A stretch of DNA of 64,000 nucleotides from the human T2T-CHM13v2.0 reference genome, Homo sapiens: the NCBI RefSeq assembly GCF_009914755.1, contig NC_060926.1; one strand, given 5' to 3'. A program made the position numbers and the translations under genes. This document shows positions 14,648 through 25,478 of the stretch, piece after piece (position 1 is the stretch's first letter; the number at the start of each line of letters is the position of its first letter). The notes beneath the pieces are model-generated. The model had not been told where the DNA came from, searched no databases, and saw only the letters and a list, made by a program, of their open reading frames with translations.

Positions 14648-14924
14648 GGCTGGGCACAGTGGCTCATGCCTGTAATCCTAGCACTTTGGGAGGCTGAGGC
14701 AGGAGGATCACTTGAGGTCAGGAGTTTGAGACCAGTGTGGCCAACATGGTGAAACCCATTCTCCACTAAAAATAAAAAAATTAGCCAGGCATGGTGTGGT
14801 GGGCCTATAGTCCCAGCTACTTGGGAGGCTGAGGCACAAGAATCGTTTGAACCTGGATGCAGAGGTTGCAGTGAGCCGAAATTGTGCTGCTGCAATCCAG
14901 ACCGGGGGACAGAGCAAGACTTTG

Positions 14925-14956
<32 letters not shown>
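14648..14956 (+). mobile_element. Alu (AluS-like)
   Basis: Alu consensus with long poly-A. Confidence 0.92.
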
Positions 14957-14958
<2 letters not shown>

Positions 14959-15862
14959 AGATAAACTTAGGTTTGAGGATTCTTTCTAAATATGTATGCA
15001 CAGATGAGAAATCCTAACACCAACCAGAGAACATTGTTTTTCTAAACTTTTCTGTTATTATTGCCTACAATTTTATTTTATACTATTATCTCCTCACTGC
15101 TTCCCCACTTTGATGACTGACTAGTCATTAAGATATTATCTGAATTAACTTAATAGCTAAAACTTTCTATGACCTGATGTGCCATAAATCTGAAAAGCCT
15201 AAACCTCTAAGAGTTATCTATACAGGGAACATACTATGTATTTATGTTAAATATATATTTGCTCTTACAGATACTAGGTGACAGCATTTGTCTATAAGTC
15301 TGAATACATTTTATTTCCTCATATTTCTAGAAGAAGGAATATAAACTCATGCATAGTTTATAGCACAGTATCAAGTTGCATTCTGTAAAGATGCTACCAA
15401 ATTTTTTCACCATCAGCAGTGCGACAGCTGTTTACCACACACTTGCTGACATAAAATAGACGTTGCCAAGTATTTTAATTTGATAAGAAATTATAATTCA
15501 TTTTTAATTTGTATTTCCAGTTTCTAGTGATAGACTTTTTAATATATAGAAAGTCTGTGTTTTTCGGTGAGTTTTATATATCAATTACTAATATCTATTT
15601 GATATTAGTAAGTTTTCACTCATAAGATCTGTTCATGTAGGATATTTGCCTCTTGTACTTTGTTGTAATATTCATTGAACTGAGCCTCAGTTTTCTAACT
15701 GATGAAACTACAGCGGTTCTTGCCTGTCTCTTAAGGTAGCTGAGGAATAAATGAGACAACAGACACAAGTAAGACTGATAGGAAGTGTTATATGAGGCCA
15801 AATTATTTTGTTATTGTTGCCTTGAACTGAATTGCCTTCCCATACTGCCAAGAAGAATCTAT

Positions 15863-15990
15863 TTTTGGACACCTTCATGGTCAGGGCGATAAGACCAAGT
15901 CCTGGCTCAACACTGGGTACCAGGTTGTTCTTTGGTTGGTAATGAAATGTGACTGCATCATGGAGAAGATACCAGCAGGCACATCTTAAT
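15863..15990 (-). pseudogene. ZPAXP: ZP-N/ZP-C linker exon (LRCACWYLLHDAVTFHYQPKNNLVPSVEPGLGLIALTMKVSK)
   Basis: tattttcctcag acceptor in phase 2; includes internal hydrophobic patch GLIALTMKV; donor appears mutated to AT. Confidence 0.88.
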
Positions 15991-16242
15991 CTGAGGAAAA
16001 TACAACAGCATCCCCTTAGAAAAGACACAACAGTTCTTGAATCATCAGGCATCACCAGCTGCAAAGCTTATAATGGAGTTACCCCACTTCCACCCACTTC
16101 TGCTGCCTTCTACAAACTCCGGGTGGTGAAGAAAAGGAGGGAAGTATTTAAGTCTCCTGCCTAACAAACAGGACCAAAAATTAAAACTTCTGGAGAAATC
16201 CCTTTTCTGCTTTGATCCTCCCTTCCCTTCACACCATCTTAC

Positions 16243-16316
16243 TGGTACATAGGATCAGTTGCTCCAGGTTGGAAGTAAAGGACGTCATTTTCATTAGTTA
16301 AAATGTCATTTTCAAA
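16243..16316 (-). pseudogene. ZPAXP: ZP-module exon (FENDILTNENDVLYFQPGATDPMYQ)
   Basis: ctag acceptor, CA|GTAAGA donor, open frame, typical 'YENEVLY' ZP-N segment. Confidence 0.87.
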
Positions 16317-16403
16317 CTAGTTCAGTGAAGATAATTATGAACATAGCATCGTTCTCACTGGAAGTGGAGAAGACACATAGGTGTGGTAAAAAAATAATCT
16401 TAC

Positions 16404-16555
16404 TTTTCTACGAGTATTCACACTGAACAAAAATGTTGCACTTGTTTTAGTAACAACTGCAGATTTGTCCCTTAAAGTGAATTCCTGTGGATCCAGGCCT
16501 GACGCTCCTTTCAGCTTCATTGCAGTAACTACCACAGAGCCCTTGGACTTGCAGT
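16404..16555 (-). pseudogene. ZPAXP: ZP-module ZP-N exon (DCKSKGSVVVTAMKLKGASGLDPQEFTLRDKS..AVVTKTSATFLFSVNT..RRK)
   Basis: ctgccag acceptor, AAA|GTAAGA donor; the LRDxxC and CGT cysteines appear removed by small in-frame deletions. Confidence 0.87.
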
Positions 16556-16730
16556 CTGGCAGACATTTAGATAGGTGAAGAGACTCAGGTCCAGAAATAG
16601 TGTGAACAGAGAAACATGAAAATGACCACTGCATGACAACTAGACATGTTAAGATATAATACACTTAAGATCAAGGTTGAGATTCCAAAGACCATAAAGG
16701 AAATCTTAGACCATGAAAGAAATAACCAAA

Positions 16731-16800
16731 CCTGGAACAATAAATGATGATCTGACACTGCAGCTGCTAGAACGGTAATGGGGGTTAGAGATGGTGTCAA
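16731..16800 (-). pseudogene. ZPAXP: Possible 3' remnant of the exon preceding the ZP module (DTISNPHYRSSSCSVRSSFIVP)
   Basis: Ends CCAG|GTTTGG in phase 1, compatible with the next exon; only weak resemblance to 'FSISC.F' motif. Confidence 0.35.
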
Positions 16801-17510
16801 TCCCAGTAGCCAAGGACTTGTATTTTAGTACTTGTAGAGTGACAGAAGCATCTCAAGCCTGTAAGAGGCTTGAATTAAAAATAGGACGCTTGCAGGAAGT
16901 CTAGATGCTCTAGGTATTATATTCCCACTGAAAGGGTAACCTAGAAACCTTTTGCTTCCACATAGCCATAAGAAAAGATAAGTTTCCCCATCTACAATTG
17001 AGGTCTTATGGCTGGAAAGTAAGAGGATAGTTTCCCTAGAATTTATAACACTAAGCCTGCCCTTACAATTTAATTCAGGGTTTTAGGTTTCTCAATCAGT
17101 GTAATGTAGAAAACCAAACCCATTTTCAAGAATGTCTTCCAGTTATGAATAACTTGGGGTACCTTGCAGAAAAACAAAGCTTCTATGGAAACACATTTTT
17201 CAAACCAGGCCACACAGACTATGTGCAAAGCTCTAGTCAAGATAGGTTCAAAATACAAAGTAACAAAACACACGAAGAAATCTTTGAGTGTAAATCAGTA
17301 AATAGGATTGAAATTTCAAATAGAACGGTAAGAATTTACGAAGTCAGTAATCTCAGAAATTTATATAAATAGTATCAAACATAAGTCTAAAGTATTATCA
17401 AATGAGAAGAGGCATATATGAAAAAGCCAAATCGTTCTAGAGATTAAAACTCATTATTGAACTTAATAGAAGGAAATCAGAGAAATAGAAGCTAAATCTA
17501 GGGAAGCTGG
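16800..17510 (+). mobile_element. Old L1 (L1M-type) fragment interrupting ZPAX
   Basis: A-rich ORF1-like phrases similar to those at 7640-8460. Confidence 0.5.
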
Positions 17511-17613
17511 TCACGGTGTGCTTTGTTATGCCCCAGCTGTCGTCCTCCCACTGATGTTCCAGAAGCAAGTTAATACTATCGGTGGCCCCGTAGTGCCTGT
17601 CTCCCACATGAGT
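17510..17613 (-). pseudogene. ZPAXP: ZPAX exon 10, 3'-truncated (THVGDRHYGATDSINLLLEHQWEDDSWGITKHTV)
   Basis: tttcctttgag acceptor in phase 0 after GGYYK; similarity stops abruptly at an L1-like segment. Confidence 0.88.
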
Positions 17614-18141
17614 CTCAAAGGAAACAGTGGAGACAAGATAACTGCAATGCTAAGGCACAGTTCTTTATGAGAATCTCAATTTCTACCTCACTAGGCAGTG
17701 ATTTTTGAAATTGGTGATAAACTCGTCAGTAACATGGAAATAGACACTAGTGTTAATTGCCACCAAGTTATCAACTTTGTACAAATTCCAAGTATCCTTC
17801 ATGTCCTTAACTTCTGTAATAATGCAAGGAAATACCCAAGTTTTTCTTCTGTGGTGCTACAAACACCTAATTCCTTTTAGAAAGCTGCTAAACACTCGTA
17901 TTTTGCTGATTAGAATCTCAAATCCTATACTTGGGGTCCATGTTGTAATAAAGTCTCATGCTACCATTAACTATACTTTCTTAGATAAGTAGTCCATGAA
18001 AGGTAGGTATTCCACTGATCCTTGTGCTATGGCAGGCCATGTTAGATGGTGTACCAGCATATGGGAGTCCATCTATATCTCACCTACATGTTTCTATATA
18101 TAGGTTGATATCTATCTTTAAGTTTCAATTAAGTTACCAAC

Positions 18142-18365
18142 CTTGTAATAACCACCTTCTGCACCAAGAGGAATCTTGATTGAAATTGTCTTGCCATCAC
18201 TCTTCAATTCATAGTGCCTAGAAACAATGTCAGCTGTGGACAGTTTGTGAAGACTCACTCCCATCTCTTTAGAGAGGTCCTTGAAGTGGCCAGCCCCATT
18301 GAGAAGGGGGCTGATGTTCTTGGGGATGGTCAAAGTAATGGTGTCCGTGGAGTAATACATGCTAT
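18142..18365 (-). pseudogene. ZPAXP: ZPAX exon 9 (DSMYYSTDTITLTIPK...ISIKIPLGAEGGYYK), still open
   Basis: tctttaag acceptor, AAG|GTTGGT donor, 224 bp without stop or frameshift; coincides with ORF 18118..18360. Confidence 0.92.
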
Positions 18366-18450
18366 CTTAAAGATACATTGTACCCTACTTTTTGTACATG
18401 AACATTAGACTTAAGTTAACAGAATTTGGTTGTTGTAGAAAGAAGAAAGG

Positions 18451-18755
18451 GGCTGAGCGTGGTGGCTCAAGCATGTAATCCCAGTACATAGGGAGGCTGA
18501 AGTGGGAGGATTACTTGAGCCCAGGAGTTTGAGATCAGTCTGGACAACAAAGTGAGACCTCATCTCTACAAAAAATAAAAAATAAAAAAAAATTAGCTGG
18601 GCGTGGTGGCACAGGCCTGTGGTCCCAGCTACGTGGGAGACTGAGGTAGGAGGATCACTTGAGCCCAGGAGGTTGAGGCTATAGTGAACAATAATTGCAT
18701 CACTGCACTCTGGCCTGGGTGACAGAGTGAGACCTGGTCTCAAAGAAAAAAAAAA
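18451..18755 (+). mobile_element. Alu (AluJ-like)
   Basis: Alu consensus. Confidence 0.9.
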
Positions 18756-19692
18756 GAATGTGTCAAGCAATGGGGTGTGGACATTGGGAAGGAGGATTAT
18801 TTGAGAGACAGACTAAAACAACTAGAAAAATGAGGTCCTAACTCATTTATGTGGTTATGACACAATGAGAAAGCTACGATCTGAACTGTTTCCTAGAATA
18901 AGTAGGGACATTGACCAGGCCTTGAAGGAAAAACTTAGGAAACTAATGGACTACCAAAAATAGAGTTGGTAAAGTACTTTGTATTTTATTGTGTTAAGGA
19001 TAGAAAGGGATGGAAACTCTGACAGATAGGAGTAAGCGCAGCAGAGGTAAGGTGACAGATCAGCCAGCATGGAAGATACATGGAGGGGAACCATGAGAAG
19101 AAGACGGGAGAGGGGAGCCCTAGATTGTGAAAGGCCTCCCATTTAGATTTTTCACCCTATTCACTTGGGTATCTGGGTAGGCATCTGTTTCCTACTTCTG
19201 TTGTCTCTGAATTGCCCCTTCCCTGCTGTGCTTGCCAGGGATATAACATGACTGTAGACACTGCCATGGGAGTTTGAAGGGTAGACTTGGCCATAATGGT
19301 TGTTTCAAGGATGGTTAGGTGATAGAGGCTGGGCTAGAAAGGGATCCATAGGGTACTTTTGCTTCAACCGTTGGGACTGAAGCATTTGCCCCAAAATCTT
19401 TCGCAATAAAGATGGACTCAAACTGTTCTAGGTTTATCTTTGCTACAACAGAGAGGGTCTTTCTGAGAATAAAGATGAAGGAAAAACCAATGTAGCCATG
19501 CCTTGTGTCAACTCTAACCCTGGAATTTTCAGTTTTCTAGATGAAGAACTTTTGTTTACCTGATTAGAACTGGGGATCTGTTGATTCCAACTAAGAGCCC
19601 TAATGCAGGAATAGTTCTTACCTTGTACAACAAGTTAAAAAGCCAGATATTCTCAAGTAAGTGCTACCAAAATTCAACTCCATGTCTTTTAC

Positions 19693-19789
19693 CCACAGGG
19701 CAAGCCATAGCTGTGTCCACCATCAGAATCATCCAGGACTACTTGTAGAAAGTACTTGATCTTACAGCAGTAAAAGTAATACCTTGAAT
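19693..19789 (-). pseudogene. ZPAXP: ZPAX exon 8 (IQGITFTAVRSSTFYK*SWMILMVDTAMACPV)
   Basis: Acceptor reads cat rather than cag; TAG at 19741-19739; G|GTAAAA phase-1 donor matches next exon. Confidence 0.92.
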
Positions 19790-19854
19790 ATGACAGGAAT
19801 CACAAGTGATTGGAATCCTCGCAATTTGTTTTAAAGCTATATTGGTAAGTATAG

Positions 19855-20020
19855 CTTAACTACTATAGAGATAGACTTTAAAGCCAGCTTGCAGCAGGAT
19901 CCTCGTGTCAGTCACATTGATTCTGTAGCCAGCCCTGTGGGCATCCTGCACCAGCATCAAACACCACATGACTGGTGCATAAAAGACCGTCTGCCAGATG
20001 GAAGCCACCCCTGAAGTCAC
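19855..20020 (-). pseudogene. ZPAXP: ZPAX exon 7 (VTSGVASIWQTVFYAPVMWCLMLVQDAHRAGYRINVTDTRILLQAGF...)
   Basis: tttagctcag acceptor; matches the ZPAX 'IWQxVF...DA..AGY..N.TDTRILL' pattern; 3' end degenerate with donor probably lost, so end approximate. Confidence 0.85.
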
Positions 20021-20187
20021 CTGAGCTAAAAATCACAGGTGTGAGGACACTTGAAACTTCATAGTGAGAACTCCCAAACTCCATCTGACCATGCTTTTTA
20101 ATGGGACCTCAAGTTCCCATCCTAGTTAAAGGTGAGATTCAGCGGCTCAATGGAAGAATCTCCTGGGCTTTCCTACCACACACTTGC

Positions 20188-20274
20188 CTCAGAGAAGGCC
20201 GCCGCCACCCAGTCCTCTGGCTTGTCCTAGAGCAGGTCCACGGGGATTAATGGAACTTCCTTCTTAACAGAGAT
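20188..20274 (-). pseudogene. ZPAXP: ZPAX exon 6 (ISVKKEVPLIPVDLL*DKPEDWVAAAFSE)
   Basis: cttcttcccaaag acceptor, 87 bp, in-frame TAG at 20229-20227, GAG|GCAAGT donor. Confidence 0.88.
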
Positions 20275-21644
20275 CTTTGGGAAGAAGATTTGCTTAACCC
20301 TATAAATTTAAAAACACTTTAGGCTCCCTAGTCTTGGTAGATTTGATCTTCTTTTAACTTCAAATCGATGTGGTTATGATCTCATTCCTATACACAGTCA
20401 GTTACCTAGAAGCTATCATCTAATAGGTGACTGAGCTTCTGCATCTTCAATGTCATAACTCCTACAAAGAAAGCCAAGGGTAATTCTAGAGTACCTTGAA
20501 TTCATTTAAGAGGATAGACTGCATAAGATAACTAGCAGAGAGCTGGCATGCAGCTGATACCCAGTAAGAGGTAGCTAGTCTTTCTTGATCCAGTGGAAGC
20601 ATTGGTGAAGCCAATGAGAGTAGAAAAAAGTGACTCAGAGACAGCTACTCTACATAACTTTTGAGTGCTTACATTAACCCAGGTATTGCCTCTGGTAACT
20701 GATTTAAAAGATTTTTAGCTAGTTTTGTGCAGAATTAAGAGAAAACATGAAACTACAATGCATTTACTTCAACTTTATAAATCGTGAGCTGACTTCTGGC
20801 TTCTAGAATTTTTTTTACTGGCCAAAATATATAATAACAGTAATTCTCTCTTGTAAGAATGGAGGGTAGTAAAGCCACATGTCCATGCTTTTCTCTGGCA
20901 CCTGCAGAATATTAGGTTTAAAGATAAGGGCCTGTCCTCTCTGAAAGATATTGCCTTTAATCCTACTTCTACTGCTTTCTGTGTAAGATTTTATTTACTT
21001 AGCTCCTAAGCTCAGTTCCCTCATTTGCAAAAAGGGCAAGACACCTCACAGGGCTATTGGGAGATTGGGTTCATGCCTGTGATGTTCTTACAGTGCAGGG
21101 CACGTATTAAAGGCTCAGTAGATGGTAGCTCTTATTGATTTCCTCCATTTGCTGGGACTGAGTATCATACTGGCCACATGAGGATAACAGTGTAGAACTC
21201 CAGTGCGAAATGAAGAGCTCCAGGAGACAGACAGCCCCATTGCTGAATTTTACACTTAGAAAAACTGTGAAACACTAGAAAAATCTGCTGGTAAATGCAT
21301 ACCTGAATTTCTCCCCACTAGCCCAAGTACCTTGAAGACAAGTCTTACTGACTTTCACAACCTCCCTGAGCACCTCATGCTTGGTCTAACAAGTCATCTA
21401 CTTGTTGGAAAATTTTAAAGTTCTCTATTACTGACATGGACTAATGTGGTAATAGCTAAAAGGTTGACATGGACATTGATATGGCAACATAACTAGTTTA
21501 TGGGTCTATGAAGTTAATTGACTCTTTTGGATGGCAAAAGGAAATGGGTGGAAATAGCAAGAGCCACACTAAGCTTGGATCACTTTCCGACACAGAGCAC
21601 TGTGGTGCCTTCTTTACCGGGCCAGGAGCGAGTCTTCCTCTTAC

Positions 21645-21789
21645 TTCCATGTAGTTTGTCTCACGTGATCTCTCTGGAAAACCATGAGGTATAGGGGCAG
21701 CCCACGCTTTTCTGATAAGAAGCAATGTCAGCTCTGGCAGGATCCGTGGCAACATCAAGTTGCACAGTTATGATAAAGTCGACATCTCT
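21645..21789 (-). pseudogene. ZPAXP: ZPAX exon 5 (RDVDFIITVQLDV...SVGCPYTSWFSREIT / ETNYME)
   Basis: ttccctgcag acceptor, GAA|GTAAGA donor; 145 bp, i.e. a 2-bp deletion at the conserved REIxCExNYME motif. Confidence 0.9.
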
Positions 21790-22646
21790 CTGCAGGGAAG
21801 AGAATTTTGACCTTATCAGAATGGGATACTTGTTTTCCACATGAGGACCTACAGCTCATGTGGAAGTTTCAACTGAACCAAATGTGATGAGCTCTGTGTC
21901 ACATGGTCTCATTGTATGCAATGCTTTTCCCTCTCCACATGAGAGGCAGCCTGTGAACATAAGCTGCTCAATGCCAGCACCCAAGACAGCACCTGATGCA
22001 AAACAAGCACAATTTGAACACATGAAACAAAACAAACCTTACCATATGGCCTTAACCTGCTTATATAAGCTCCAAATTCCACTCTTTCTAGGGACCTCCT
22101 TGTGAAGCCACATTTGGGTGTTTTGAAAGTAACTTACTTTGTAGGCCTTAAAACTGATGGGGCCTTTGGGACTTCTGGAAGGGGCCAGCACATCTCAGAA
22201 AAATAAATGCAACAAATTAGCTTGGAAATCCTTGGATAGATGCCAAACGTTAGCATTCATACAATAAAACTAACTTCATTTATTCAAACCAAACCACATA
22301 GCTCACTTCTCCATGAATACTATTGTGAAGAGAACCACTCCCCCAACAAGTTGGTTGTCCATGCTGTGGTGCACTTATAATAAGTGATACTCATTGCTAA
22401 GATGCAGTGCAAGAGAATACAACCTCACTCCTCATGAGCCATGGGATTGGACTTGCTGCAGAGAATCCCTTGGATAGGGGTTTTACTCCAGCCTTAAGAG
22501 AGATGTGTTTGTGTTCAGCTCAGCCTTTTTTTCTTTTCCTAAGCGCTTGAGGAAGCCAAGAGTAAGAGTCTTAATATAATCAGTAACCCAGAGAAGATCC
22601 AAAACTCCAAGCTTATCACTTCTTTTAAGGCAGACTGTGTACCAAC

Positions 22647-23384
22647 TGTTAAAGCAAACTAAATATGGCCTGTGAAAGACTGTGTACTTCTTTTTTTTTT
22701 GAGCTGGACTCTCGCTCTCTCACAAAGGCTGGAGTGCAGTGGTTCAATCTTGGCTCACTGCAACCTCCGGCTCCTGGGTTCAAGTGATTCTCCTGCCTCA
22801 GCCTCCTGAATAGCTGGGATTACAGGTGCACGCCACCATGCCCGGCTAATTTTTGTATTTTTAGTAGAGATGGGGTTTCACCATGTTGGTCAGGCTGGTC
22901 TTGAACTCCTGACTTCGTGATCTGCCTGACTTGGCCTCCCAAAGTGTTGGGATTACAGGCCTGAGCCACCGAGCCCAGACAGGACTGTGCACTTCTATAT
23001 TTGTGTCCTTGTGGAAGAACTGCAACCTAACTTAATAGGTAGACAAGATTGAAAACCTAACTTGGGAGCATGTGTCTGTAACAGTGACTGTGTCTTGGCC
23101 AGTCCCAGCAGCCATACTTCAACCACTCATACATACACTCTTGTGTTCAAACTGTGTTCAAATAAAGCAAACACTGGGCTGTAACCCATCCAAGTTGTTT
23201 CTGTGCCTCATTTCTGATTTCTGTATGTCACTTCCTTTTTTGTCTACAAATCTTCTTCCACTACATGGCTGCACTGGAGTTCCTCTGAATCTGCTGTGAT
23301 TCTGGGTGCTGCCCAATTCGCAAATTTTTCATTGTTCAATTAAACTTTTTCAAATTTGATTTGGCTGAAGTTTTTCTTTTAACA
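22647..23384 (+). mobile_element. ERV1 solo LTR (MER57-like) containing a minus-strand Alu (~22690-22980)
   Basis: TGTTAAAG...TTTTAACA termini; 4-bp TSD CAAC; Alu flanked by gactgtg(t/c)acttct duplication. Confidence 0.85.
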
Positions 23385-23424
23385 CAACCAAACAAGTCCT
23401 ATTCAGAGGGCATGGGACACTCAC

Positions 23425-23551
23425 CTGTATATAGGTGTAGCAGCTGAGGAGAGATGCCTGGAGCCTACGTTTCCCCAGTGGTCAGAGAGGTTGGTGTAGC
23501 CACTCTGGGCAGCCAGGGCCTCATCTGTCTTTCTTCCTGAGCCAAACTGAT
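23425..23551 (-). pseudogene. ZPAXP: ZPAX exon 4 (DQFGSGRKTDEALAAQSGYTNLSDHWGNVG / QASLLSCYTYIQ)
   Basis: ctctttcag acceptor, CAG|GTGAGT donor. Matches the ZP-N 'LAxQCGYT...WGN..F.AS.LSC' pattern. 1-bp deletion; QCGY reads QSGY. Confidence 0.88.
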
Positions 23552-24445
23552 CTGAAAGAGCCCCAGACAGCTTCTTACCAAATGCCCTTCTTCCTGTTTA
23601 GCCTCCAGGTGCTAATCCACCAGCCCCTACTTTATAGAGGAGAAAAAATACTTTAAGTTCACACAGCTGAGAAGAGCTGCAGCCAGGGTGCAAACCCAGG
23701 CAACTGACCCAGAGCCTGCATGCTCAACCCCTTTTTTGGGGTTTCAGGTTATTTTTAATAAAAGCAGAAATTTTGGTGCCCATCTTATTGACCCATGCCC
23801 CTAAGCCTCCAGGAAGTGCCTGGCACCCCAAAGGTGCTCAACTGGTGTCTGTTAAAAAATAAGTTACTATAATACTATGTGGCAGGGGCTATGCTGGGTA
23901 CTTGACAACTATCATTTCATCCATGCATCTCACTGCCCTCTGCAAAAATACATGGCATTGTCCCCAACTTATGGGAAAACAGAGGGTCAGAAAGGCTAAG
24001 TGCGCTTCAGGGGCACACAGCTATTGAGGAACAGAGATGATATGGTGTTAAGCCTAAGTCCAAAGCTCTCTCCATAATCATTTGTGGTTTCTAGAAAATG
24101 CATGGTGACTTATTGAAGAATTAGCCACCCAAACAGCTGTTTCTTCATGGTAGTCAATTCTTTAGATACATACATCCACCAAAATGTGAAATTCACCAAT
24201 TATGCCATCGCCAGAGTTCTAGGTCCCAGCAAAATACTCTTCAGATGGCACATGGGGCTGTGTTAATGCTATGAAAGCTAGAAGCTACCAAAGATTTATG
24301 GGAAACATGAGGCCCTTTGGAGCTCTCCCTACACAAGATGGAATCCTTGGAAGTGACCCAGACTAAGAAGAGATCATGTGACCACAACACCCCATGAGAA
24401 CTGAGAGCAGTTTAAGACTGTACCTGCAAAATCTGTGGTACTCAC

Positions 24446-24557
24446 CAACTACATGAAAGTCAAGATACTTGTCTCTGACATGGGCAAAGACATACTTGTC
24501 TCCCCAGGCTCATTTGCATGAGGCTCCCCACACTTTCAAGGATAATGAAGTCTGCAT
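24446..24557 (-). pseudogene. ZPAXP: ZPAX exon 3 (DADFIILESVGSLMQMSLG / HVRDKYLDFHVV), frameshifted
   Basis: Long polypyrimidine tract plus cacag acceptor, TTG|GTGAGT donor. Length 112 bp is out of frame. Internal direct repeat GAGACAAGTAT. Expected Cys reads Ser (AGT). Confidence 0.78.
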
Positions 24558-24657
24558 CTGTGTGTGCAGAAGCAAACAGAAGGAGGCAGTGAGCCTCTGG
24601 GTGCCACTTTTCCTAGCTCCTCCTTGCCAGGTGGACAAGAAAAAGCTTATCACCAAC

Positions 24658-24707
24658 CTGCAGCAGGGGCCCATGTCTGAAAGCCAAAAGCTCCTACAAT
24701 AATTAAT
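24658..24707 (-). pseudogene. ZPAXP: ZPAX exon 2, signal peptide core (LIIVGAFGFQTWAPAA)
   Basis: ctcttttatcag acceptor, CAG|GTTGGT donor, 50 bp, phase 2 in and phase 1 out, hydrophobic. Confidence 0.72.
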
Positions 24708-25006
24708 CTGATAAAAGAGCAAACTGTACTGTCAAGACTCTACAGGGATACCTTTTTCCTTCCTGCTTTGAGAGGTATAAGAAGTTCACCAAACATTCAG
24801 AAAGAGAGAGAGACAGGAGAAAGAGAGAGAGGTGGCTGCGCACAGATACAGAGACAGGGAGAAAGACAGGGAGGCAGGTGAACAGAGATACGGACAGAGA
24901 CGCTGACTAATTCCCTGACCTCTATTGCCTAAAATGCCAGAATCCTTGAGGCCCTGTGGTCTGCTCAGCTCCAGGCCTACAGTAAGAGCCACACAGAATT
25001 ACTTAC

Positions 25007-25029
25007 CTCACAGTACGATGCGGAGCCAT
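25007..25029 (-). pseudogene. ZPAXP: ZPAX exon 1 coding part (MAPHRTV-R)
   Basis: GCCATGG Kozak context (ATG 25029-25027); ends AG|GTAAGT in phase 2, matching the phase-2 start of the next exon. Confidence 0.75.
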
Positions 25030-25225
25030 GGCACAGCAAGACACTTCTCTGCCTTTTATCTCTGCAGAGAAGCTCTGCTTTCTGCTTGGCCTAGCGGCAT
25101 GGAACTGGCCTCAATAGGATTTGTGATCATCAGGAGAATCTATTACAGCTGCTTCTCCTTCACCCAGAAGCAAAGCAGGATCCAGGACACAGCTGCCCTG
25201 CAAGGAGGTCCTGGCCATCTGCTGA
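25030..25225 (-). promoter_or_regulatory. Relic ZPAX promoter: GATAAAA TATA-like box and three E-boxes
   Basis: GATAAAA at 25060-25054 (minus); CAGCTG at 25146-25151 and 25190-25195; CATCTG at 25216-25221. ZP gene promoters characteristically have TATA plus an upstream E-box. Confidence 0.5.
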
Positions 25226-25293
25226 TTACTTCCGAACGCTTCCCTTTCCAGCCCACTCAGAATGTTCCATAACATTCGAGTAGAGTCCCAAAG

Positions 25294-25478
25294 AGAGTTG
25301 CCTGGTGCAAATACAGGCTGCCCACTTCAATTTGAATTTCAGATAATACTTGGAGTATTGCAATCTTTGGAATATATGCAATAGTTGGAACATACACACT
25401 AAAAAATACCCATTGTTTATCTGGAATTCAAATTGAATTGACATCTTGTATTTTTATTTGTTCAGTTTGGCAACTCTA
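25294..25478. mobile_element. MER53-like hAT MITE (palindromic)
   Basis: agagttgcc...ggcaactct terminal inverted repeats; internal tttgaatttcagataa / ttatctggaattcaaa palindrome. Confidence 0.8.

Noticed and set aside
17925-17980. Minus-strand 'SIVNGSMRLYYNMD' as the exon following GGYYK
   Set aside because: The segment at 17510-17613 matches far better (EHQWEDD) and has a proper phase-0 acceptor.
21930-22070. Minus-strand signal-peptide-like segment (VLSWVLALSSLCSQAASH) with upstream TATATAA and ATG|GTAAGG, initially a candidate ZPAX start
   Set aside because: Better-matching, phase-consistent exons 1-4 lie further upstream (23425-25029), so this falls within intron 4; it also lacks a donor.
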